Shown here piece after piece: positions 1-17,287 of a DNA stretch of 64,000 nucleotides (position 1 is its first letter; each line of letters opens with the position of its first letter). A program made the position numbers and the translations under genes. Location of the stretch: contig NC_088810.1 in NCBI RefSeq assembly GCF_011386835.1, forward strand, positions 1,674,001 through 1,738,000, in the 5' to 3' direction. The notes under the pieces are model-generated. The model made no database searches. It was not told where the DNA came from and worked only from the letters and a program-made list of their open reading frames with translations. The DNA comes from Chrysemys picta bellii (taxonomy: Eukaryota).

Positions 1-215
1 TAAGTAAGTACCTGGAGGATAGGTCCATCAACGGCTAGTGGTCAGGGCCATGACCCCCTGCTCTGGATGTCCCTAAACCTCTGACTGCCCAGAGCTGGGA
101 GTGGATGACGGGATGGATCACTCAGTAACTGCCCTCTGAAGCACCGAGCATCAGCCCCTGTTGGAAGACAGGATACTGGGCTAGATGGACCGTTGGGCTG
201 GCCCAGTATGGCCAT
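1..215 (+). mobile_element. CR1 LINE 3' end fragment (intron of PHLDB3)
   Basis: Resembles the reptile CR1 3' UTR (...gacaggatactgggctagatggaccgttgg...ccagtatggccatt). Cut by the window edge. Confidence 0.65.
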
Positions 216-333
216 TTTTATATATAGCCCAGACGTAACAGCCCCCTCCCCTGCTGTAACCCACTAGACCCCCCCTCCCCTTCCAGAGCTGGGTAAGAAC
301 CCAGGAGTCCTGACGGGATCTCCCTCCCTGCAG

Positions 334-6233
<5,900 letters not shown>

Positions 6234-6339
6234 GCCGGGCCCGTGGAGCGCCCCAGGGACCCACCAAAGACATTGCCCACCTGGTGGGCGTGGCCAGCTG
6301 GGCCATTGGCTCCGCCCCTGGGAGGGGCTTGAGGGCAGG

Positions 6340-6990
6340 GCAGCCAATGGGAGATGGACTTGGTTCTTGAAGGTGTGAAGCCGTGCTGGCCCCGCCCCTT
6401 TTGACCTCGACCGTGGTGGGGAGCAATGGGGCGCAGGCGTTTGCCTCCAATCAGAACAGGGCTCTTCAAAAACACAGACATTCCCGGAACTGGCACCAAT
6501 GGGAGGCAAGCGGCTTTGAATCCCGACCAATGGGAGGAGGCTCACTCAGAATTCTGGCCAATCAGAGGAGGCCTAGTTTGAAGGCTGGGCAATTGGATGC
6601 GTGCTCGTCCGGGACCTGCACCAATTGGTGGAGAGAGAGGTTGAGACCTGGCCAACAGGAAAAGACTTGTTCAGAATCTGCACCAATAGGAGACCTGCTT
6701 AAATGCCAACCAATGGGGGTGTGGGGTGGGGAACACCTGGTTGGAATTCCCACCAATTGCATGCAGCCTGGCTTTGAAACCTGGCCAATTACCCAAAAGA
6801 CTGGAATTTGTACCACTGGGAGGAGACATGGACTGAACTGACCAATGGCAGCTTGGAATTCCCATTGACTGTCCAAAATCACGACCAATGGGAGCAGGCT
6901 TCTGGGATGCACCAATTGGAGGAGACTGGGATCGAACTGGCCAATGGCGGCCGTGCCTGGAGGGCGCCGTGGCCAAGTCCCGACCAATGG
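6340..6990 (+). promoter_or_regulatory. CCAAT-box array downstream of the PHLDB3 stop
   Basis: About 15 plus-strand CCAAT in ~650 bp, many at ~31-bp spacing. Function is inferred only. Confidence 0.5.
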
Positions 6991-7369
6991 GGAGTGTGGA
7001 GTCTCTCGGATAGGGCGGCATTCCCAGCATGCTTTGTGCCATGTGGCCAAGGCTCAGGGGGCCGGGGCTGAGCCCAAACATGGCAGCAGGGGGGGCCCCC
7101 TATCCCCCTGGATCTCGTCTGTACCTGCCCCCCCCTTCCCCATGTGTCTGTTGGGGGCCCCAGGTTCGCTGCCCTCTGCTGACGCCAACTATTTATTACA
7201 GAAACTCGTCCGACCCACGGGCCGTGTGTGTCTAGTTCTATTGCAGCCGGTGCCCCTCGCTCCCGACCCGAAGCCCCCTGGGCTCCCTCCCCCAAGCTCT
7301 GCCGGTGCCCCTCACTCCCGACCCACAACCCCCTGCCAGTCCAGCCCTTGCCAGCTCTGCCGGTGCCCC

Positions 7370-7493
7370 TAGGGTGACCAGACAGCAAGTGTGAAAAATC
7401 GGGACAGGGGGTGGGGGGTAATAGAAGCCTATATAAGAAAAAGACCCAAAAATCGGGACTGTTCCTATAAAATCGGGACATCTGGTCACCCTA
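7370..7493. mobile_element. hAT-type MITE (124 bp), same family as 5204-5326
   Basis: TIR TAGGGTGACCAGA...TCTGGTCACCCTA; perfect 8-bp TSD GGTGCCCC at 7362-7369 and 7494-7501. Confidence 0.9.
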
Positions 7494-8635
7494 GGTGCCC
7501 CTCACTCCTGGCCCCCAGCCCACTGGGCTCCCCCCCCATAGCTCTGCCGGTGCCCCGGGTGGATCACAAAGCAGCAGGTGATAGACTGGGAGGTTTGTGA
7601 CTGGCAGCTCTGACCCCCAGACAGTGGATGTCTCCGGCACACAAGGATTGGTGGGGCCTCCCAGAGCAGGGGAGAGAACCCAGAAGTCCTGGCTTCTAGT
7701 CCCCCCTGCTCTAACCACTAGACCCCACTCCCCTCCCAGAGCTGGGGAGAGAACCCAGGAGTCCTGGCTCCCAGCCCCCCTGCTCTAACTACTAGACCTC
7801 ACTTCCCTCCCAGGGATGGTGATAGAACCCAGGATTCCCAGCCCCACCATGCGCTAACCACTAGACCCCACGCCCCATCCTGAGCTGGGGAGAGAACCCA
7901 GCAGTCCTGGCTCCCAGCCTCCCCGCCCCCAAGCTTAACCACAACCTCTCCTGTGCCAATAGCACCGAGTCACAAGGAGCCCTTTGTCTCCGGCTGAGCC
8001 GGGCCTGCGCTGGGGAGTGCCAGGCTCCCTCCCTCACGTCGGGGCTGGGCTCAGGTGCAGCAAACAGGCCAGAGACGTTCAAGGAGAAGCCGTTGTTTTA
8101 ATGGGATGATCCATGGTATGAGTTTGTGGGGACTCAGACCAAACTGCCACTGGGACAACCCGGCCCCCTGGCTGGACGCCCGCCCTGGGGGGATGTAGGA
8201 AGGGCCAGGCCCTAAGAGAATGAGAGGCACATTGGTGGTAGAGGTGGGATGGATGGGTGTGCACAGGGTGGATCTGTGTGTGGGGGGGACCATTTGGGGG
8301 GTGGGAAGGGAGGGTGGGACTGTTCACCCCTACCCAAGCTGCTGTCTGTTCTGCAGACCCACAGACAAGTCTCTCTAGGACAGGGAAGCACATTGGTGGG
8401 GCCGGTGGGATACCTCATGGCTGGGTGTGGGAGGGGCTGTGCGCACATGAGGGTGTGTGTGTGTGTGTCTGTGTTGGGGGTGGGCAGAGGCTGTGTTTGT
8501 GGAGCTCTTTATCCGAGTGCTTTGGGGGTGGATGGAAGAGTCTGGTTCTAGGACAGAACCAGAGTCTGGTTCTAGGACAGCTGCACTCACGTTGGTGGGG
8601 GTAGTGGGATGGATAAAGGCTATGGGCGGGGGCGC

Positions 8636-8640
<5 letters not shown>

Positions 8641-8686
<46 letters not shown>
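8641..8686. repeat. (GT)n microsatellite
   Basis: About 23 perfect GT units. Confidence 0.95.
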
Positions 8687-8688
<2 letters not shown>

Positions 8689-8895
8689 CCCTCTTTGCCG
8701 CTGTCCCTGCTCTGGGGACGTCCGCAGGTCTCCGGTCAGGAAGAAGCACATTGGCGTTTGCGGTGGGATGGCTGGGGGCTCCTTTGGCATGTGTCTCTGT
8801 ACTGCTCTCTTCGCCACTGCCGTCCGTGCCACGGCCCCCACCTCACTCAGTCTCTGTCTCCCTCGGCCCCACAGGCCCCGCTCCCTCGGGGTCTC

Positions 8896-9936
8896 TCAAG
8901 CCAGGTTGGGGGCCACCGAGCTCTGGGCCAGCCCGTCCACGGAGGAGGCTGCCTCCTTCCTGCAGCTGTGGGACCTGGCTGAGTAGGCCATGTCCTCAAG
9001 CAGGGCCCGGCGGAAGGCCCCGGCCAAGGTGGTCCGGCCCAGCGCCCGGCGGAAGTCCAGCCCCATGAAGAAGTAAAGGACGGGGTTGGCACAGCTGTTG
9101 AGATAGGCCAGGGAGGAGGCGAGAGGCAGCCCCACGGCCATGGCCTGGCCCTTGACGCCCGCCAGCTTGAGGAGGAGGAAGAGATGGTAGGGGGCCCAGC
9201 AGAGGAAGAAGGTCACCACGATGGCCGCCATGACCTTGAAGGGCTTCCTGGAGCGGATGGTGGCCGGGCGCCGCCTCAACACGGCCGCCAGGGCCCCGTA
9301 GCAGGCCAGGATGATGGCGAAGGGGGCCAGGAAGCCACAGAGCAGCCGGAGGAGATATAGCATCAGCTTGGGTCCTTCTCCCAGCGTCAAGGAGCACTTG
9401 AGGCCGTGGGTCTTCCCGTCCGGGACCAGGTTGCGGTAGAGGTAGAAGGGCAGGCTGGCCGCGGCGGCCACCCCCCATGCCCCGGCAGCGGCCGCCCACG
9501 CCAGGCGGGGTCCCCGGCGGTTCTTGGACCACACCGGGAAGGCCACGGCCGCCAGGCGGTCCAGGCTGATGGCCGCCAAGAGGAAGACACTGCAGAACAT
9601 GTTGAGGTATTTGATGAAGCTGGTGGCCTGGCACAGGAAGGCGCCGAAAGGCCAGTGCCCGCGGTAGAAGGTGTTCTTCACCAGGGGCACCACCCGGGTG
9701 ACTGAGAAGATGAAGTCGGCCACCGCCAAGTTGAGGAACCAGACGCAGTTGATGGAGCGGCCGGCCCGGCGGGCTGTGAGCCAGATCACCAGCCCGTTGC
9801 CCAGCGAGCCCCCCACACAGACCACGGTGTAGAAGACGACCTGGACTAGGTCCATGACGGCGTTCAGGTCAGACTTGGCCTTGGCAGAAGGACCAGGGCT
9901 GGTCAGCCAGAGACCGGAGGAGACATTGGCCTCCAT
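8896..9936 (-). CDS. Class A GPCR, chemoattractant receptor family (CMKLR1/FPR/GPR32/GPR33/C3aR-like), 346 aa, single coding exon
   Basis: ATG at 9936 lies just inside a splice acceptor (ctctctctgtctcag|GTCCCGTCATGG). Seven TM segments with GN (TM1), NLAVAD (TM2), WPFG..LC, SLDRL, GFLAP...CY (TM5), CWAPYH (TM6), NSCANPVLY (TM7). The exact orthologue cannot be assigned by eye. Confidence 0.88.
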   Translation of the reverse strand: MEANVSSGLWLTSPGPSAKAKSDLNAVMDLVQVVFYTVVCVGGSLGNGLVIWLTARRAGRSINCVWFLNLAVADFIFSVTRVVPLVKNTFYRGHWPFGAFLCQATSFIKYLNMFCSVFLLAAISLDRLAAVAFPVWSKNRRGPRLAWAAAAGAWGVAAAASLPFYLYRNLVPDGKTHGLKCSLTLGEGPKLMLYLLRLLCGFLAPFAIILACYGALAAVLRRRPATIRSRKPFKVMAAIVVTFFLCWAPYHLFLLLKLAGVKGQAMAVGLPLASSLAYLNSCANPVLYFFMGLDFRRALGRTTLAGAFRRALLEDMAYSARSHSCRKEAASSVDGLAQSSVAPNLA

Positions 9937-11089
9937 GACGGGACCTGAGACAGAGAGAGAGAGATTGAGAGTGGGGGGAGGCCTGTTCCCAGAGCCTGCC
10001 AGTCCCCCGCGCTGGAGCTGGACCAGCACCGGTGCCCCCGAGAGGGGAGAGGCCCCATGCCCCATTCCCTGCCCCACTGAGCCAGCCAGTCCCCCACCCT
10101 GGAGCCCGATTTGGGCTGGTGCCCTCTTGAGGGGAAAAGCCCCGTTCCCCATTCCCTGCCCCACTGAGCCAGCCAGTCCCTGCCCTGGGGCCGGTGCCCC
10201 CTAGCCAGGGAAGGGTTCACAGCAACCCTCTCTGGAGGTGGGGCCAGGTTTATTTGCATGGCCAGGCTGACCCCACGTCTTCCCCGCCTTCCTTTGTCCA
10301 TCTCTGGGCTCCCAGCCACGCACTCCATGAGCGGTGGAGCTACCGGTGGCAGCCCGGGGGGGTACGTCTGGCTCCTTGCCAAGTGTCCCGAGCTGTGGGC
10401 GGACAGAGGGCACCGTGCCAACTTCCACACCTGGCTTTTATCACGGCCGCACCCCGCCCCCCCGCCGACTGGCACTGCGGCTGCTGCTGGGATGGTGCCT
10501 GTCAACCAGGAAAAGGGGAAATAACCCTGTGCAGGGCTTCTAGGACGCCTGGGTTCTCTCCCTGGCTCTGTGAGGGGAGAGGGAGCTAGTGTGTGTGTGG
10601 GGGGTACTGTGAGCCAGGACTCCTGGGTTCTCTCCCTGGCTCTGTGAGGGGAGTGGGTGGGGGGTACTGGAAGCCAGGACTCCTGGGTTCTATGCGGGGC
10701 AGACCCAGCCCTCCCACTTATCCAGAACAGGGACATGGTCCAGACTCACCCCCACTCCCCGAAAGCTAGCAGAGCCCAACCATCGGCATAGCACAAGCAA
10801 GACAAATCTCAGCTCCCCCCCCCCCCCCCCAGCCCTGTCCCAACTTGCATCTGGAGCATCCTCGGAGGCCCCCCAGAACGGCACAACAGACCCCCCCCCC
10901 ACCGGTCTGTCTACACTGGGGGACAGCCAGATGCCCCCTCACTTCGCTCCAGCCAGCGCTGAAAAATAGCCAAGAGTCGGGGGCACCCCCCGCCCCCCGC
11001 AGCCCCTGGCTCCCCCTGCTGCCTGGCCTGGGGCGGTCTGACCCCGATGGGGCAGCACTTGTCCAGCTGCAGGGCAGACACACACACAC

Positions 11090-11930
11090 GGAGCTAGGGT
11101 GTTATAATGCACATGCCATGTCACAGCCGACACACAACGCGTGTGCACACACACAGAAAAACACAGAGCGATTGTTATCACACACACAATGTCACAACCG
11201 ATACACAAGGTGTGCACACACACAGAAAAACACAGCGATTGTTATCACACACACAATGTCACAACCGACACACAACGTGTGCACACACACAGAAAAACAC
11301 AGAGCGATTGTTATCACACACACAGTGTCACAACCAACGCACGTGTGCACACACACACAGAAAAACACAGAGCAATTGTTATCACACACACAGTGTCACA
11401 ACCGACACACAACGTGTGCACACACACAGAAAAACACAGAGCGATTGTTATCACACACACACTGTCACAACCGACACACGTGTGCACACACAGAAAAACA
11501 CAGAGCGATTGTTATCACACACACACTGTCACAACCGACACACGTGTGCACACACAGAAAAACACAGAGCGATTGTTATAACACACACAGTGTCACAATC
11601 GACACACAATGCTCACACATGCATGCACACAAACACACTGGTAGAGTGTTATAATGCATGCACCATGTCACAACTGACACACAACATGTGCACACACTCA
11701 AAACGGAGAGCAATTGTTATAACACATACAAAAAGTCACAACTGACAAACATCGTGTGCACACACACAGAGCTAGAATGTTATAACACACACAGTAACGA
11801 CTGACACACACACAGAGCTAGAGTGTTATGCACACACAATCACAACACACAACGCATGCACACACAACACACACGGAGCGATTGTTATAAGGCACACAGT
11901 CACAACTGACACACAACGTGTGCACACACC
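11090..11930. repeat. CA-rich degenerate minisatellite (~60-bp unit)
   Basis: Unit gagcgattgttatcacacacac...tgtcacaaccgacacac..gtgtgcacacacagaaaaacaca repeated about 10-13 times. Confidence 0.9.
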
Positions 11931-14246
11931 CCCCCCCGCACAGAGATAGAATATTACGCCCCCCACCCCGCCCCTGCCCGTGTTCCCAGTCCAGCCATGG
12001 CAGGGGCTGTGTGGGGCCCAGCTGGCGTGACCACCCACCCCGTTACCTGGGGAGGCAGCGCCCGCCAGCCCCGTCCGCTTGTCGTTGGCTCTGAGATTAT
12101 TTTCCAGGAACCCAGCGGCCGCCAGACGGTCACTCCCCCTGCCCCCCTCCCCGGGGTTGGGCCCCGGCCAGAGCGGACGTGCTGGGGGAGTGATGTGCTA
12201 AAAAGGAGAACTGGGGGCGGGGGGGGGGGGCACTGCCTGTTGCTGCCAGCATGGGGGCTGGCGGGGGGCATCAGGGCGGGAGCTGTGGGGTCAGGGCAGG
12301 GCCGGCAGCGGAGAACCCAGGTGTCCGGGCGGAGCAGGTGGAGACACAGGGCAGGGCTCGCTTAGAAGCCAGGTGAGACCAATTGTGAGGGGGAGGATTC
12401 CCACAATGCACAGGTGTCAGGCAGCTCCCAGCATGCACGGCAGCACCATGGCCAAGCGGGGAGGGGGGGGAGGGGAGAGTTCCCAGCATTCACTGCTCCC
12501 CTTGGCATGGCAAGGCCTTAGGGCGCTGGGATGGTCTTGCCTGGTGGGCATCTTGTCATCCCCCAGCTGCCCCTCGCCCACCTCTGCCCTGGGCTTTCGC
12601 TTCTTCCCCAGCTGGTAGGACAGGAAGCCGGGTTCTTTTCCCTGGTGAAAAACTCCCCGGGGGGGCAGGGGCCTCAGTTCCCCTTTTCACATGTGAAACC
12701 GGAGGTGTCTTCTTCCTGCCACCTGCGAGCCAGACTGGAGCCCGGCCCGCCCGCCATGCCCAGGGAAAGAGACCCCCGGCTCCCTTTGCTCGCCCTGGGA
12801 GGGGAGTAGGGCTAGCCCCTCGCTCTGTGCCCCCGGGCTCCCACCCCCAGAGGGAGCAATGCCCCCCGATCTCTAGCTGCAGGGAGTCTGCCAGCGTCAC
12901 ACAGGTTTATTGAACGTCTGGACCCAGCCCAGGCAGTTCTCAGGGCCCTCGGGCCTGGCCAGCTGGGTCTGTCCGGTCCCCATGGGTCCGGCTGTTCCTT
13001 GTCCCCAGCCCAGCCCCCTCCTTCCAGCCCAGCCCCCTAAATCCCCTCCCCCACCAGCCCCACCTCTGTCCTCAGTCCCAGGTAAATAGGTCACCTGGGC
13101 CCCTCTCTTCCCTTCTTTGTCCCCCCCTGTCAGGTCCCCGGGCCCCTCTCTTCTCAGCCCATTGCCCCCTGCACTGCCTAGAACTGGCTGGCTCCCAAGG
13201 TGGGGGGCCTCCTGGTCACCAGTCGCTGGGTCCCCCATCTCCAGGCCATTGTCTGGGTCCTGACTGCTAGGCAACGTCACACCTGGTCCCCTGCAATTAC
13301 AAACCCCCTCCCACCTCCTCGTTACACACACAGCACACAGGGAAACTGAGGCACACACCATGCTCGTGCAAAGCTCTAAGAAAATCCCTCACTTCATCAC
13401 AAACACACACACACACGTCACAACTGAGACACAACACATCAGCACACACACAGAAAGCTAGAGTTTTCTACCACACACGGAGTCACACAACGTGTGCACA
13501 CCCCCGCCCCCCACGCACAGCGATTGAATATTACACCCCCTCCACCCCACCCCTGCCCGTGTTCCCAGTCCAGCCATGACAGGGGCTGTGTGGAGCCCAG
13601 GCTGGTGGGGCCCAGGGTGGCGTGGCCGCCTGGTCCATTATCTGGGGAGGCAGCGCCCACCGGTCCCGTCTGCTTGTCTCTGGCTCTGAGCTTATTTTCC
13701 AGGAACCCAGCGGCCGCCAGAGTGTCACCCGCCCCCTGGATTTGGCCCCCAACCAGAGCAGAACGTGTGAGGATGCACCAAAAAGGAGAACTGGGGGTGG
13801 GGGGCACTGCCTGTTGCTGCCAGCATGGGGGCCGGGGGAGGGGGGCGCATCAGGGCGGGAGCCGTGGGGTTCGGGCAGGGCCAGCAGCGGAGAACCCAGG
13901 TGTCTGGGTGGAGCAAGTGGAGACAGTGGTGAGCTGGAGCCGGTTCGCACCAGTTCGCAAGAACCGGTTGTTAAATTTAGAAGCTGGTGTAGAAGCGGCT
14001 GTTAAAGGGGTGTGCGGGTGGGCAAACAACTCCAGTCCGCAGGCCACATCCAGCCCGCGGGACCGTCCTGTCCGGCCCGCCTGAGCTCCCAGTGGGGGAG
14101 GCTTCCCCGGTCCCTCTCCCGCTTCCCCCCCTCGCAGAGCGGCAGTGCACCGCGCCGCCGGCGCCAGCGCTCTGGGCAGCTCTGCAGCTCCTGCCGCTCT
14201 GAGCGGGGGGCGGGAGGGGAGCTGCGAGCTCCAGTGTCCGCGCGGC

Positions 14247-15421
14247 ATAGAATCATAGAATCATAGAATCATAGAATATCAGAGTTGGAAGGGACCTCAA
14301 GAGGTCATCTAGTCCAACCCCCTGCTCAAAGCAGGACCAATTCCCAGCTAAATCATCCCAGCCAGGGCTTTGTCAAGCCGGGCCTTAAAAACCTCCAAGG
14401 AAGGAGACTCCACCACCTCCCTAGGTAATGCATTCCAGTGTTTCACCACCCTCCTAGTGAAATAGTTTTTCCTGATATCCAACCTGGACTTCCCCCACCG
14501 CAACTTGAGACCATTGCTCCTTGTTCTGTCATCTGCCACCACTGAGAACAGCCGAGCTCCATCCTCTTTGGAACCCCCCTTCAGGTAGTTGAAGGCTGCT
14601 ATCAAATCCCCCCTCATTCTTCTCTTCTGGAGACTAAACAATCCTAGTTCTCTCAGCCTCTCCTCATAAGTCATATGCTCCAGACCCCTAATCATTTTTG
14701 TTGCCCTCCGCTGGACTCTTTCCAATTTTTCCACATCCTTCTTGTAGTGTGGGGCCCAAAACTGGACACAGTATTCCAGATGAGGCCTCACCAATGTCGA
14801 ATAAAGGGGAACGATCACGTTCCTCGATCTGCTGGCAATGCCCCTACTTATACAGCCCAAAATGCCGTTAGCCTTCTTGGCAACAAGAGCACACTGTTGA
14901 CTCATATCCAGCTTCTCGTCCACTGTGACCCCTAGGTCCTTTTCAGCAGAACTGCTACCTAGCCATTCGGTCCCTAGTCTGTAGCAGTGCATGGGATTCT
15001 TCCGTCCTAAGTGCAGGACTCTGCACTTGTCCTTGTTGAACCTCATCAGGTTTTTTTCTGCCCAATCCTCTAATTTGTCTAGGTCCCTCTGTATCCGATC
15101 CCTACCCTCTAGTGTATCTACCACGCCTCCTAGTTTAGTGTCATCTGCAAACTTGCTGAGAGTGCAGTCCACACCATCCTCCAGATCATTAATAAAGATA
15201 TTAAACAAAACCGGCCCCAGGACCGACCCTTGGGGCACTCCGCTTGAAACCGGCTGCCAACTAGACATGGAGCCATTGATCACTACCCGTTGAGCCCGAC
15301 GATCTAGCCAGCTTTCTATCCACCTTACAGTCCATTCATCCAGCCCATACTTCTTTAATTTGGTGACAAGAATACTGTGGGAGACAGTATCAAAAGCTTT
15401 GCTAAAGTCAAGAAATAACAT
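14247..15421 (-). mobile_element. 5'-truncated CR1 LINE with uninterrupted C-terminal reverse transcriptase ORF (14348-15421, 357 codons)
   Basis: (GATTCTAT)n tail on the minus strand at 14247-14277. RT motifs [29 protein letters not shown]. Confidence 0.95.
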
Positions 15422-15554
15422 CCCTACACGCTGCCCGGAGCAGCATAGTAAGGGGGCCGGGCCGGGGCTGGGAGGAGGGGTTGGATAAGGGGCAGGGAGT
15501 GGTTGGAGGGGGTGGAGGTTCTGGGGGGGCGGTCAGGGGACGGGGAACAGGTGG

Positions 15555-16140
15555 GGTCGGGTAAGCGTGGGAGTCCCGGGGGTCTGTCGGGGTGGTGGTG
15601 GATGGGGTCGGGGCAGTCAGGGGACGGGGAATGGGGGGGTTGGGTAGGCGTGGGAGTCCCGGGGGTCTGTCGGGGTGGTGGTGGATGGGGTCGGGGCAGT
15701 CAGGGGACTGGGAACGGGAGGGTTGGGTAGGCGTGGGAGTCCCGGGGGTCTGTTGGGGTGGTGGTGGTTGGGGTCGGGGCAGTCAGGGGACGGGGAACGG
15801 GGGGGTTGGGTAGGCGTGGGAGTCCCGGGGGTCTGTCGGGGTGGTGGTGGTGGATGGGGTCGGGGCAGTCAGGGGACGAGGAACGGGGGGGGTTGGGTAG
15901 GCGTGGGAGTCCCGGGGGTCTGTCGGGGTGGTGGTGGATGGGGTCAGGGCAGTCAGGGGACGAGGAACGGGGGGGTTGGGTAGGCGTGGGAGTCCCGGGG
16001 GTCTGTCGGGGTGGTGGTGGATGGGGTCGGGGCAGTCAGGGGACGGGGAACGAGGGGGGTTGGGTAGGCGTGGGAGTCCCGGGGGTCTGTCGGGGTGGTT
16101 CTGGATGGGGTTGGGGCAGTCAGGGGAGAGGGAGCGGGGT
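15555..16140. repeat. G-rich tandem repeat (~83-bp unit, ~7 copies) inside the hAT element
   Basis: gggtaggcgtgggagtcccgggggtctgtcggggtggtggtggatggggtcggggcagtcagggga repeated. Confidence 0.9.
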
Positions 16141-16185
16141 GAGATGGGTAGGGCGGAGGGTCCTGGGGGGCAGTTAGGGTGGGGG

Positions 16186-17287
16186 TGTCACAGAGTATGG
16201 GGGACTCAGGGCCCTGTACCCCCGGTGTCCTGCGATTCACCATGACTCTCAGCCAGCCAGTAAAGCAGAAGGTTTATTTAGATGACAGGAACACAGTCCA
16301 AGACAGGTCTTGCAGGCACAGACAACAGGATCCCCCCCTCAGTTGGGTCCATCTTGGGGTCTCAGGGCGCCCCAGCCCCTTGGGAGGTCAGAGCCCCGTC
16401 TGCCTCCCAGCCCTTCCACCAGCCAGCTCTGAAACTCTCCCTTCAGCGACCCCTCCCACAGCCTTTGTTCAGTTTCGCAGCAAAGGTGTCACCTGGCCTC
16501 TAACCCCTTCCTGGGTTCTCATGATACAGTCGGTCAGTCTCCCATCCCCCAATGCAGACTATCCTAGCCACACTCCCCTGTCAGCATTCACAGACCACAG
16601 CAAGAACAGTCCCAGTTCGTCACATCTCTCCCCCCTTCGAGACCGAACTGAGCGGGGTCACTTCAGCCAGTGATCCGAAGAAGTTCGAACCTACCCCCAT
16701 TCCCGGGGATGCCCCCGCATCCCTCCCATTCCTTGGTGAGAATTACACCAGGCCCCTCCAGGTTCACGCCCGCCCTTAAGTCGGGGTTGCTCGATGGCAC
16801 TCGCAGTTCGCATGTGGGAAGGTTTATGCGGCCTGTGCCCTTTTCCCACCCCAATACCCCTGGGGTTCCAACTGGGCTGTGGTCTTCTCCCAGCGCTCCA
16901 GTCTGGAGGTTGGTGATTCAGAGCCCCCCTTTTAACCTTGGCCACCCTCTGGAAGGGCTCCTCTATGCTGGGCAAGGGTCCTAAAGCCATTTTCCCCTTG
17001 TTACAGGCCTTCCTCCCTGTGACGAACTGGGACTGTTCTTACTGTGGTCTTTAGGGACTTGGCTGGGAGGCAGACGGGGCTCTGACCTCCCAAGGTGGGC
17101 TAGGGTGTCCAGGGACCCCAAGATGGACCTAACTGCGGGGGGTCCTGTTGTCTGTGCCTGCAAGACCTGTCTTGGACTGTGTTCCTGTCGTCTGAATAAA
17201 CCTTCTGCTTTACTGGCTGGCTGAGAGTCGTGGTGAATCGCAGGAAGCCGGGGGTACAGGACCCTGAGTCCCCCATACTCTGTGACA
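16186..17287. mobile_element. Gypsy-derived element with two inverted LTRs, an integrase remnant and a PPT
   Basis: Minus-oriented LTR 16186-16624 and plus-oriented, internally deleted LTR 17018-17287; both begin TGTGACGAACTGGGACTGTTCTT and end TGTGACA. PPT GAAGGGGGGAGAGA precedes the left LTR on the minus strand. The spacer encodes GRKACNKGKMALGPLPSIEEPFQRVA, like Gypsy integrase. G5 flanks both sides. Confidence 0.8.

Noticed and set aside
9937-10164. 76-aa N-terminal extension of the 422-aa GPCR ORF
   Set aside because: It runs through a dispersed repeat and a polypyrimidine tract/acceptor at 9945-9960. The ATG at 9936 gives a normal receptor length.
11107-11745. His/Thr-rich ORFs (212-269 aa)
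   Set aside because: Translations of the CA-rich minisatellite.
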